Notes under the pieces: model-generated
Told to the model about the DNA's origin: nothing
The model's input: the letters and a program-made list of their open reading frames with translations, nothing else
Database searches by the model: none
Source of the DNA: Catajapyx aquilonaris
Lineage: Eukaryota
Assembly: GCA_000934665.2 (NCBI GenBank)
Contig: KZ538505.1
Location: 1 to 64,000 of the forward strand
DNA: 64,000 nt
Reading direction: 5' to 3'
Shown here: piece by piece, positions 18,101-32,207 of the stretch
Numbering within the stretch: the stretch's first letter is position 1
Layout: every line of letters starts with the position of its first letter
Made by a program: the position numbers and the translations under genes

Positions 18101-21100
18101 TGCTGCAGCGGATGCAGATTCGTCCATCTCACGGAGGACCCGATCCCTCTGATCCAGAAAATAAACAAAAAAGCAAGAAAAATCAGAGCCCAGATTCTGG
18201 TGCCCAGGGAAAGCAGCTGGCAACACAGCATTTGGCCCCTCTTGTAAGCCTCATCCTCATTCCATCTGGCTACGCCCCTTCCCCATACAAAAGCCAGCGG
18301 CTCCCTTTGCCAGAGAACCGGTTTCCTTTGGGGCCTGCCACACACCAATGAAGACATCAGGCAACCTCGACTTGGTGTGTGGTCCTCCTTCCACCGCCCC
18401 TCCCCATGGAGCCCTCTCCTCCACCCCTCTCCCTTCTCCTTCTTCTTCTCTTGGCCCCCCCACCTTCTCCATTCCCTAGCGACCCATACCATGGCCTCCC
18501 CCTCCCCTCTACTCCTCCTCTCAGGGATTCCCTTTCAGTCGCCCGCCTTCTCGGTACCTAGGAGCGACACCACCACCACCACCGCCACAAAAGCGACCCA
18601 CTACCGAATCTGCTCACTACCTTCCAGAGAGAAAAAATAAAATAAAGATAAAGCCAGAGGTCAAGCAGTCAAGCTATGCCATTTCCTGCCCAATAACATT
18701 CCTAGACCCTAAAGTTTTGGCTATGGCCCTGAACTAGTCGTGACAATAAGTCACTGTGTAGCATCATAAATATACACAGTAGAGTGAAGAGAAACGTGGT
18801 GCAAACGAGGACTGACAAGAGTGACATGATTTATGCAGTGAACTGTACAGTGATCACAGTTGACAAACTCGTTTTAAAACTGGAAGTTTTTGAGCTCCAC
18901 AGATAGGGAAACACTGTCATACTCACGGAATTGTGACTGGGAAGTCAGGTCCTAACAGCTTGGAGCCCTCCCAGAAGCAGTCCAGTGGGGTCATGATGGT
19001 GCAGGGGATGATGTTCTCAAATATCTGATGGAGGAGGAATCAATTTAGAAAATTATGCAGCAAAGTTCAGAATTTGAATATGGCACTACAAGTAGTACAG
19101 AAGACGATCATACCTGATCAATATAATGGGTATCAAAGTTGGGGACACTGGGAGAAGAACAGATGTCTTTTAGCCTCCAAGTCCTGAAAAAAAAAAAAAA
19201 AACCTTTAACTACCTTCTCTAGTTCCATTCTGATCATGGCCACCTAGCTCTATTAACATGCAATAATTCTGGATCCCTGGCAACACCCTCTTCCAAACCT
19301 GTCAACCTCACTGCCTTGAAACTACCACATCAAGCTACGAAAATGTGACAAAAATTCTTCTTATTCAGTGTACTATTATGTTACTATTCAGCACTGGCTA
19401 CAGCATTGAAAAACCCTCATAAATCATAATTATATGCAAAATAAGGGTAGAAAAACAGCCTATGGCACCAAACCAAACTTTTCTCACACAAAACCCTGTC
19501 TGGGTCAGGGATTAAACAGCCTGGAGGTGAGCAGCAGGAAAGTGGACTCCTTCACTAGCATGCCTTTTTAAAAACATGAGCGTGGCAGAGCAATCAGCCT
19601 TCTAAGGAAATACATGGCAAGGCAAGAAAAGTAATCAAAAATTGATAACTACACTCACACATGAGCTTGCATTGTAATTAAACAAAATTGTTCCTCTGCA
19701 GAAAAATGGGGGGCAAGTTTTAGTAGTAACAAAAGTATTTCCTGCTTAAAGAGACTTTTGTCAACAATTTCATGCCTACATGCCCACATGAAAATCACTC
19801 ATGCTTTCCACTTATGTATGCATTCAAATTCCTGTTCATGAATCAAACAATTCACTTAGATGTCCTTGTACTGTATCATACAACCAAAAATACAACACAT
19901 TTTCAAAATTGCCTTGTACTGTATTATCATATTATTTATACATGCTTACTTACGTGTCATAGAGGTCCACAGTGACAGCAGAGGAAACCTGCAGTGCTCT
20001 TAGATGGTGCAATAAAGCATGTGGATGAAGAATATTGGCTTGGCCTGGCGGAGCAGTGTGAAGCACCACCTGCTGGCTGTCAGATAGTGCACCTTCTCCC
20101 AGGCTCCTCTCTACATACTCTAACTCCCTCTCCAGACGTCCTCCCTCTGAAATATATGTCCAGAAGGTGAAGGCAATGTTCAAATTGCCATATGTTACTT
20201 GGAGGAGGGTGTCAAGTTAAAATTACATGCAATTGGTAAATAAATAGAGTAGGGGCAGTAATGACACCCCACTCCCCAAACACAAGGTCATCCTTTATCA
20301 GTAACTGGGGAGTGGGAGGGGGAATCCATCAATCATTCAAATGTGAATACATTAAGTTGTACCTCTCCACTATCAGATAATAAGAGGTGCATTTCAAGCT
20401 AAATTGAGCATTGAATTGACATTTCTCACCTTCTACCCACAACTTGTCCACACTGGTGGTCACAACCGCAGATTTTAGTCCAACACAGAAAGTGGCAAGG
20501 ATGAGGAGGCCAACAAAGAGCACCTTTCCTGCATGCTGCTGCACCAAGCAGCCAACTTGAAACAGCTGTGCTTGAAGTTTGATACGGACCCACAATGCAG
20601 CTCGCTTCCCTCCTGCTTTGCCCTGCAAAAAATAATTGCAAGTAATTTTATTGTAAGTTGATTGTAGGGCCACTTGACAAGCACATAAGAACACTCACAC
20701 CTGCAGCAAATAACAAGAGCATGATCTGTGTGTAGCTGATATTCATATGTTGCTGAACATGTACCGCACTATGAATAACCATGTGTTGTTTCATTTATAA
20801 GTAGTGTATAATTAATCTGCCAATTAAATGCACCATTGACATGTCACCTGCACAGACTTTATGTGCCCCTTCTAGGTACATAGGGGTGGCCAAGGGCATC
20901 CTCCCTCCCTGTCACCTTTGAATGACAAGAATTTTCACAATATTCAGTAGACTAACATTTGGAGTAGGTCCCATACTACACCCCATATTAATACATATTT
21001 TTATATCCCATACTTTGATGCAAGTTAGGGGGGGGGGGGAGTGTCTTGTTGAAAAATGTCAACTCTGTCCCAATTAAAACACAAAACCTATAATGTTGCA

Positions 21101-23957
21101 TAATACGTATATTCTTTCCATTGTAACAGTGAACTGTTCCTGTTCACTAATCCTGTCATCATATGTAAATGCATGCCTACATAACCATGACAATAGCTGC
21201 GAGGGGATACTGCTCAATGCGCAAGTGAAAGTAGAGTGGACACTAACCCCGCGAAAGGTGTGTGAGTGTGTGGGGGCCAGTAGGGGAGGAGGTGGAAGCT
21301 TGGAGGCTGGAATGGGAGGGGGGGGGGGGGCGGACGATAGGGGTTATGTGTTTCCTCCCAACCACCCCCTGCGAGGTGCACTTGGGTGGTCCATCGCTCT
21401 CTCTTTTTTTCGCCGTTCAATCTCTCCCCTATCCCCCTTCATCCATCCCCCTCCCCCCGATCCTTTCCCACGAGCCCCCAGCTGTCACCTCCCCCTCCAA
21501 CCCCTCACAAATTCATACCGCATAATATCACTCGATCATCCGCATCCAAATGTGACCGCAACCAATCTTCAACGTTTGAATCGGCGCCTAATTACATCTG
21601 GATGGTGCTAAAGCATGAAACACATTCTCGCATATTTATTTCTCTTCTTATACATTTCCCCTTGTAATAGTATAAGGACGACTCAATATACAGTATTATT
21701 CACTGCGCACCTTTTACACTTCGTCATTCAACAGGTGCAGCACATGGCCACTGACAATTCGAGTCGGCCAGAAAGGCTCTAATGCTACAAATATAGTAAG
21801 GGTATGGTGGTTGTATTATCCGAGCCGAGGTATTTGTTTTATAGCATTATAATTTACCATAATTTATCATTCAGGTAGGTTGTTAAGTTCCCCCTTCCAT
21901 GCATAATACGCGTCCATGATACACTAATTACTTCGTGGCATGTGCAAAGCACCTGCTTTACCTGCTAAATGACCCATTTTGAAGGGGTTTAGCTTGAATC
22001 ACGATTCACGCAGCCGACTGATCCGATTATGTGATTAAATTATAACAAGGCCTTCCTTGTGTCAGTGGCCTAATTTTGTAGTAAAATAGTACGAGGACTA
22101 CGAGTTTGCTGGGCAAAAGACTCGAACCTGATGATATCACTGACATGTGCAGCTCTGTCTATTCCCTGGAAGACCCGCTTGGAAGGGAATGCATATATTT
22201 CTGCTGAGAAATATGCGATCCACCATTGTGCAATATAATGGCAAGCAAATTACACATTCACTTTGAAGCCATATCTACAGGCATCAAATCCGAAAACATA
22301 CTACACAGTGTCATGAAATAGGAAGCATTTTAGTACAGTACATCTGCGGTTCCATACTGGCTTGCAATTTAATAGGATGGTTCAGAATTCGACTTAGTGA
22401 TGGCTACCTGGACAAGGTTCTCTGAGGTTATCCTTGGAGAATTCTAGGAGAAATTCCAGGTGAATACTACCAATTCCCAAAGGCAGGCCAAGGTCGATTG
22501 CATTCATCCGTTTTGAATTCCTCATTAAGCCCAAAATATGAACATGATTACGACGATGATGAGTTAAGTTTACGTGATTGCTATTTCCTCACACCTCAAT
22601 CAGATCCTTTTATAGACCTGCAATACTGTGTATCTAATAAGATTCATCTACAGAGTAGACTTGCTGCAAAATAAGAAACAAATCAATTTCTATACTTCAA
22701 AATTAAATTTCAATATTGCTTCTCTATCTTTTAAATGCTAAGACCAGCATCTCATTTCATCACTGATGGAGTTTACTGCGTTAGATGGTCATTGCAACTT
22801 ATAGCCACTTTTCCATAAGAATTACAAGGGCTATATAGACCTAGTCCTATGCTGTACTTTTTCGATAGCACCTTCGCGAAATGCGCGAAGTCACCGGCTG
22901 TCGCAGTGGCTTTAAAAAAATAGTGAACTTCTCGAAAGGCTACGCAAATGCTGCATTTTCATTTTAGTGTACGTTACTTATTACTACACGTAATTACACA
23001 CTGATAGTCGAATATTAGATGAGGTGTGGCCTACTCCAAAATATTGCCTTCAACATTTGAAAACCAATAGGAGTCCAGGTGCGACATGCACGTGTCCAGC
23101 CAAGTATACAGCACATATCCATGCTCTATACATGGGTCATACGACTCATACCGCAGTAATATTCTCAATATTACGAACACTGTAAGCTATCAAGTAAACG
23201 CCAGCCAAACTTAATCCGTCCTGTATAAAACCAGCGTATCGTCAACCACAGGTGCTAAATAGAGCAAAACGAATATTGGAAAGGAAGCTTCCAAAGGATC
23301 AGGGTCGATGCGCCCTCCAGCAAAAAAAACAGGCTTCACTCCAATAAATCCCTACTCATGTAAAGGCAATCCCCAAGATCCTCGTAAATGTCATCCCACC
23401 CCGGTTGACCATATATACATCGCAATGTTTGCGCTGCACCCACGGGTCGTGACGCCCATTCTTAAAAGCTTCAAAATGACGTCACCTTTGTTTTCATTGT
23501 AATTAGGGCAACACTGATGACGTCATTTGGAATACACACGCAGTGTTGTCATTGGTAAGCAGGTGACAGGTGAGGTGAGAATGAAACTTATGAACATCCC
23601 GGCTTGTCCTTTCAACTGATCGGAAAGCCGGTCATGTCCCACCGGCTCGCTCGTGCGTCGGGTCCATTTCCGCGGCAGCTCAAGGCCCGCCCACCCCCGA
23701 AAAAAAAGAGAAGAAGAGGAGGGGGGGAGGGGGAAGAGCGCGGGCCAACGCCATCTGTTGCGCCCTACTGTCCGCAGCGCACGTGCGACAATCTCCGCGA
23801 CCCGATACGGTACTGGAAAGAACAGACCGACACCAGAAGACAATGAAAGTTTCGCACCTTCCTGATCTGAGCGTAGGCAAGCCCTGCGTCCGTCCAGCTG
23901 GTCCGGGTCAGCAGATGCGACTCCGGAGGCGTCGGAAGCGCGGGCTTGCTGCACTCC

Positions 23958-23989
<32 letters not shown>

Positions 23990-24145
23990 ACTATTATTGT
24001 AACCGTGCTTTCCGCCGCTTCCTTTCCCTCTTGGCGGCTGGTGGTGCACTCCTGGGCGGACGACGTTCGCGTTGCTTGCCCCGGGCCCCTTCTTCTCCTT
24101 CTCCGCCGCTGCGTCGCCTCCGCCGTCGCCGCTCGCCCGGGCCAT
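9151..24145 (-). CDS. ptc: Patched (Hedgehog receptor, 12-TM RND/SSD protein), about 17 exons
   Basis: Inferred exons: 23858-24145 (poly[10 protein letters not shown]), 20430-20622, 19954-20146, 19114-19183, 18927-19024 ([12 protein letters not shown]), 18034-18148, 16163-16525 ([17 protein letters not shown]), 15802-15942, 14913-15170 (LGLGVD, SSD), 14625-14750, 14124-14441, 13847-14050, 13447-13759 ([15 protein letters not shown]), 12846-13102, 11670-12392, 10573-10908 (SLTTISEE), 9151-9510 ([16 protein letters not shown]). All have GT-AG sites. Confidence 0.96.
10997..11346 (+). mobile_element. tRNA-derived SINE in ptc intron
   Basis: A-box-like TGGCCGACATGG, B-box GGTTCGATCCC, AT-rich tail, 15-bp TSD AAG(C/T)GCATCATTTGG (10982-10996, 11347-11361). 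Confidence 0.85.
16842..17281 (-). mobile_element. tRNA-derived SINE in ptc intron
   Basis: Minus-strand TGGTGTAGTGG...GGTTCGAATCCC, (AAT)-rich tail, 15-bp TSD TGTAAGGT(T/C)AGACTT (16827-16841, 17282-17296). Confidence 0.85.
21383..21391 (-). promoter_or_regulatory. Consensus Ci/Gli binding site in ptc intron 1
   Basis: TGGGTGGTC is the reverse complement of GACCACCCA and lies in a GC-rich island. ptc is a canonical Hedgehog target. Confidence 0.65.
23959..23988. repeat. (CTG)n/(CAG)n coding polyglutamine tract in ptc exon 1
   Basis: Encodes about 10 Q on the minus strand. Confidence 0.9.
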
Positions 24146-25714
24146 CCCCACCGACTCGGCATCTAGCCAGCCGCCGTCGTCCCCGCTCTCTTTCCCCGCC
24201 GTGTCCCCGCCTCAACGCAGAGCACCATCCCTCCTGCCATCAATGTGTCACACGCGCATTTTACCCCGCCGTACACTGTCCCGCAACTACCCTCCTCCGA
24301 CTCTCTTGTAGCTCTCTTCTCTCTTTCCAACTCCAACCCCCCTACTCCACTCTTCTGTCTTGTGCACCACTCCTGATTGGCCGACTGCCTTTCCCTCTCC
24401 GGCAACACACACACACACTCCCCGTCTGCCCCCACACAGCCCTATACCTCCCTTCCTCCCCTTCTCCTTTTTTTCCCCCCCGGAGACCACACACGAAGGG
24501 CCGAGCCCCTCTATCCCAAACTACACTCGCTATTTCACACCAGCCTACCTATACCCTACCCCCGCCAACCATACCCACCGACCCTGTCTTGCCTCTCACA
24601 CAACCTTTATCTCATTTGGCCAGGGTAGATATACCGCGCTCATTTATTATTATTATTATGATTTTAACAGCGAAAGATATTCTGGCAGCAGCTTTACCAG
24701 AAAAAAGACTCTGCAGAAGAGCGGATCCACAATGTACGATCATAGATAACGGATCTAAAATTCTTACTGAGAGAAAGCTGCAGGAAGATTCAATGAAACG
24801 TTTCTTTTTGGCGAGTCTGCCCACGTGTTTGTTCACGCAGAATCCGTAATGAGTGTTTATTGGTGTATGTATGTATACTTACATTTTTAGTTGTAAAAAG
24901 TGTTTACGGTCTGGCTAGCAGGATGCGCACGGGGGTATCATGGGAAGGATGAGGGTGGGAGGTGTAATTAATTATTCAGGTCACGGTCATGTCAGATTTA
25001 TGCAGAAGTAATTAATTACTTCTGTTTCGGATCACCCAGAAAAGGGCATGTGTTTACTTTTAATTTTCGTCCTAATTAACTTCAATTCCGCCTGTGGCAT
25101 TCTGTACCTGTGAATCACCTACTCAATATTTCACACACTTTATACTTGATTGCACTGGATTGCACATAATGGGTGGAATTTTCGTCTCACTGATAGTCAC
25201 TGCTATATCAGTGGGACGCAAATTCCACCCAATATTTATAGTATCAGCAGCAGCAGTAACGACAACAGCAGCAACGAAGATGTTGTTGATGATGATGATA
25301 ATACGAGAAAGTGGCAATGTTTAAACGTATTTAACATTTCCAACTTCAAAATTGCACTGCTGCCTTCAGTCTTGTGTGCAACTTGTCTATAGTGGAGTCG
25401 CTCTTTCCTGCAAATATTTACCATACGTTTCCGAAATACATTGAAAACCATTCATTTGGGTCCAAACAAGAAATCTGTAGCAATAGACAAAGTCCATGGT
25501 TGGTGCTTGGTACGACCAGACACATAGAACTGGAGACTGCAACATACTGGCTAGATTGAGTTGTAGGTAGACCCGAGTTTGTGGGGGGTTTAGAGGAGGT
25601 GGGGCTGCATCTTGTGTGGCGAAAAGGGAGAACTCCCCTCCCCCTCTACCCCGCCATAGTCCCCCTCCCCTCCCCCTTACATTTCCCCTGAACTCCCCCG
25701 AAGGCCTGTCACCG

Positions 25715-25744
25715 GGCCACCCAAGTAGGAACGGCGGCCACCCA
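25715..25744 (+). promoter_or_regulatory. Pair of Ci/Gli-like sites (GGCCACCCA x2) upstream of ptc
   Basis: 25715-25723 and 25736-25744, each one mismatch from consensus, in a GC-rich island about 1.6 kb upstream of the ATG. Confidence 0.55.
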
Positions 25745-26761
25745 CATCGCCGGAGTTCCCTCCCACCCACCCCCCCTCCCGACTCCCCATACTCGCCTCC
25801 TACCCTCCCACAACCCCTTCCCCAACCTTAAAACTCCCAAGGTGAGAGAGCCAAACATTTTCCGCGGCAAACTTTTTTTCGCATTCTCTCTCCTTTCCAT
25901 TACCTTTCCGTACTAAACTTCAGTCCCCGTGGACCAATATTTCACGGGGGAGGTCCCGAAATTGTTTCCTGCCGCCTCAATGCCTCCTTTCAGAAATAAA
26001 GGAGCCTCCAGATATATGGGCTGTAATTGGCCCCAACATAATGGGTCTTTTCATTTTTGCAGTCAGGAGGCAAGGAGGCATATCTGGGTCCATGTGTTAC
26101 TTCATATATTTCAAAAAAACAATGTAACATGCAAAAGAGTAGAATAATGATGGGAAAATATACAATTCAACATGAATCAACTCTTTATATTCCTGCATGT
26201 TTTTTAAATATTGTATAAGGTATTGCACGATTTCACATGTAATAATTATCCAGAGTTCCATAACAGAAATACTCTAGTAAATATCTCCGAGTAATTAGGT
26301 TTTGATGTTCATCATTCTATAGAAGCATATCAGTTACAGATTAAAACCCATAATTAGTACTGCACTTACAATTTTGCATGTCATATTAGTAATGTAACTT
26401 ACATGTCAACAAACAATGTTAATACATTTGAATTTAGTGACTTCACATATCAGGTACTGTCAACATACGTTATGCAGAATGACTCTTACTAGTTTGTTAA
26501 GACACATATGCTCCCTGAATGCAAAGTAATTTCTGCCATAAATTTTAAATTAGCAATGGTCATTAGAAATTATCATGATTATTCTTATAATGTGCCAAAA
26601 TTAATATGCAGCTATGCAGCATTTATTTCATACAGATCAACAGTATTTCGCTTTCATTTTTTCTTGTGTCATTTGTAAAATTTGAGAGAAACTGAGGGAG
26701 AACTAGGACATTGGAAAGTAGAGAAGAGACTTACAACAAAGCTACTTTATTAGCAGAATAA

Positions 26762-29794
<3,033 letters not shown>

Positions 29795-30129
29795 TTTGGA
29801 ATAATCGGGGCGAACACACGTGGAGCTGAGACGAGGCAGCTTTCACGGCATGGGCGCAGACATCTTAGCGTAAGTACCAGCTGCAATAAGCTATTCCAAA
29901 TCACAGTCAGAAGTGCGTATATTCGAAATTATGAACTCAATTTTACGCATAAACGCAAAATACTTAGTGTACATCTGCATCCTAGTTAATATTTTAAAGG
30001 TTGAGAACATTACAGCCACAAGCACCTGGTACCCAGAAAAAGATGGCCGCTCACATATGAAAGAGGCAGCCGACCGGTGGTTGTTTGTTTTGTGGGCATT
30101 TCGCATCTGAAGAGCTCTCTGCGACGAAG
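29795..30129. promoter_or_regulatory. Probable bidirectional promoter DIMT1/WDR83
   Basis: Divergent ATGs separated by 335 bp; YY1-like AAGATGGCCG at ~30040. Confidence 0.7.
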
Positions 30130-32145
30130 ATGAGTGTTCCATCCATGTGCAAGAGAAAGATCGAGTGCAAGCAGCATGCTGTCAGGGCGGTCAGGTTCAA
30201 TGGTAAGCTCCTTCTCAGGGAAGTCGCGATGCAATGATCGACTGAATGGATTGTGAATGGCAATGCGTAATAATTGTGTGCCTTTTCTCTAGTGGATGGA
30301 TCATATTGCCTGACGTGCGGGTCTGACAAGAGTTTGAAGCTCTGGAATCCTTTTAAGGGACTGCTGCTCAAGTCGTACATGGGGCATGGCTACGAGGTTC
30401 TTGATGCACAGGGATCTTGTGACAATAGGTACCGTAACATTTATTTAGTTACCGAAGCTATAGTTACGTAGTGATAGTTCAGTTTTGTGGTGGAATATCT
30501 CTGAATCTAACAAGGGAACAACTTCAGGCAACTGTCGCTGTCAAAGTTTTTCACAATGATGGTGATTGCTGTTCCAGTTTTAAAAAATGGGTCACACATT
30601 TCTAATTTTAAAAAGTAATGTGTCCACATGTGACTCTCATAGTAATTCTCCAGAGACAGCTCTCATATCGCTGTTACAACATACAGGAAAACATCTAAAC
30701 AGCAATGTCATATTCTTCTGCAATGCACAGCCTGCATTTTAACTTGATACCTAAGTGAAGTCGTGTGGGGATTGAATATGGTAATAGGGAAGTGTTTATT
30801 CTCTAAGTGTAAACTATTTATGTACTATATCGCTCTAAAAGATGGGAGATGATTTTACATTGAAAACAAATGCATAATCGTCTCCATTTTTTTGAGCGAT
30901 ATAGTGAAGTACTTCATATTAGGGATTCAAGTGTGCATTTCATTCTATTGTCAGCCAGCTGGTGTCATGTGGAGCAGACAAATCAATTATCCTTTGGGAT
31001 GTATCGACTGGTGAGGCTCAGAGACGACTCCGAGGTCATGCAGCACGTGTGAACTGTGTCCGCTTCAATGAAGACTCATCTGTGGCTCTCTCTGGCTCTG
31101 TGGATGGGACTGTGCGCTGCTGGGATCTGCGCTCAAGATCAAGGGATCCCATACAAATTCTCAAGGAGGCTAAAGATTCTGTCTCCAGCATTCAGGTTAA
31201 TGCAAGCGAGATCTTCACAGGATCCGTGGATGGGAAACTAAGGAAATATGACATCCGCAATGGCCAGATGATGATTGATGATATTGGAGGTGAAATTTTT
31301 TGTAGCAATGCATGCTTCAGAAATTTATTAGCACACTCTGTTCACTTTGATACCACAAATATCAATTGGAAACTTTAAATTATTGTGGTCTACGTTGTGA
31401 TTTGGGAACACATTACATTTTAAAAACTATACGTGCAGTAGAACTTGTGTGACAATAATCTCATGTGGACCAGCAAAAATATTCTGCAAGAGTTCAGCTA
31501 GAGGTGCTGAGAAAAATCTTTAATGCAGAAATTGGTGTAGTCAAGTCTTGATTATATCTTACCATTGATTATCCAGACCTGCGTATGGCACATTACTGAC
31601 ACTCGTCAATTCCACATATTTTCTCTCTCAGAGAGTGACACAGGCAGCCAAGTAGTCAGTGGTGTAGCCGTCCTCAGATATCAAGGTGTGCGGATAAAGC
31701 GCTCGAACTTTAGCAAGTGGTGCTTCATTTAGGACAGGTTGCACCAGCTGTGTAGCCACAAAATCTGTAAGGGGGAAGCTATGCGAGGGAAGAGCGAAGC
31801 GTCCCGCCGCAGGCGAAATTCTTTTTGTTCTTTAAGGTCATGCAACCTCAAAGCCAAAGGCCCCTTGAAACATGCCCAGTTCGAGTTCCCCCTTCCCCTC
31901 CCCCACTCTGCTTGGATTCTGCTTCAATCTAAATCTAACTCTAAATCTAAATATAAAACTATGCAACGCAGTACTTGAAAAATCTCTCCCCCCCCCCCTC
32001 CCCCCAGAAGAAGGAATCAGCAACTGTTAAATTCCTCCAAGACGCCTGGGACTTGCTGAGAGTGAGTGACCAACGCTCCAGTTATTTTCCTTTTTGGTCG
32101 AGAAGAGATGATCGGGAGAATAGCAAGTTATAATTAATAATAATA

Positions 32146-32207
<62 letters not shown>

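Noticed and set aside
17800..18492. 230-aa minus-strand ORF as a separate gene
   Set aside because: Only 18034-18148 is coding (a ptc exon); the rest is intronic read-through.
23523..24849. Many long overlapping ORFs around the ptc start
   Set aside because: By-product of a GC-rich, low-complexity promoter/exon 1; no domain similarity.
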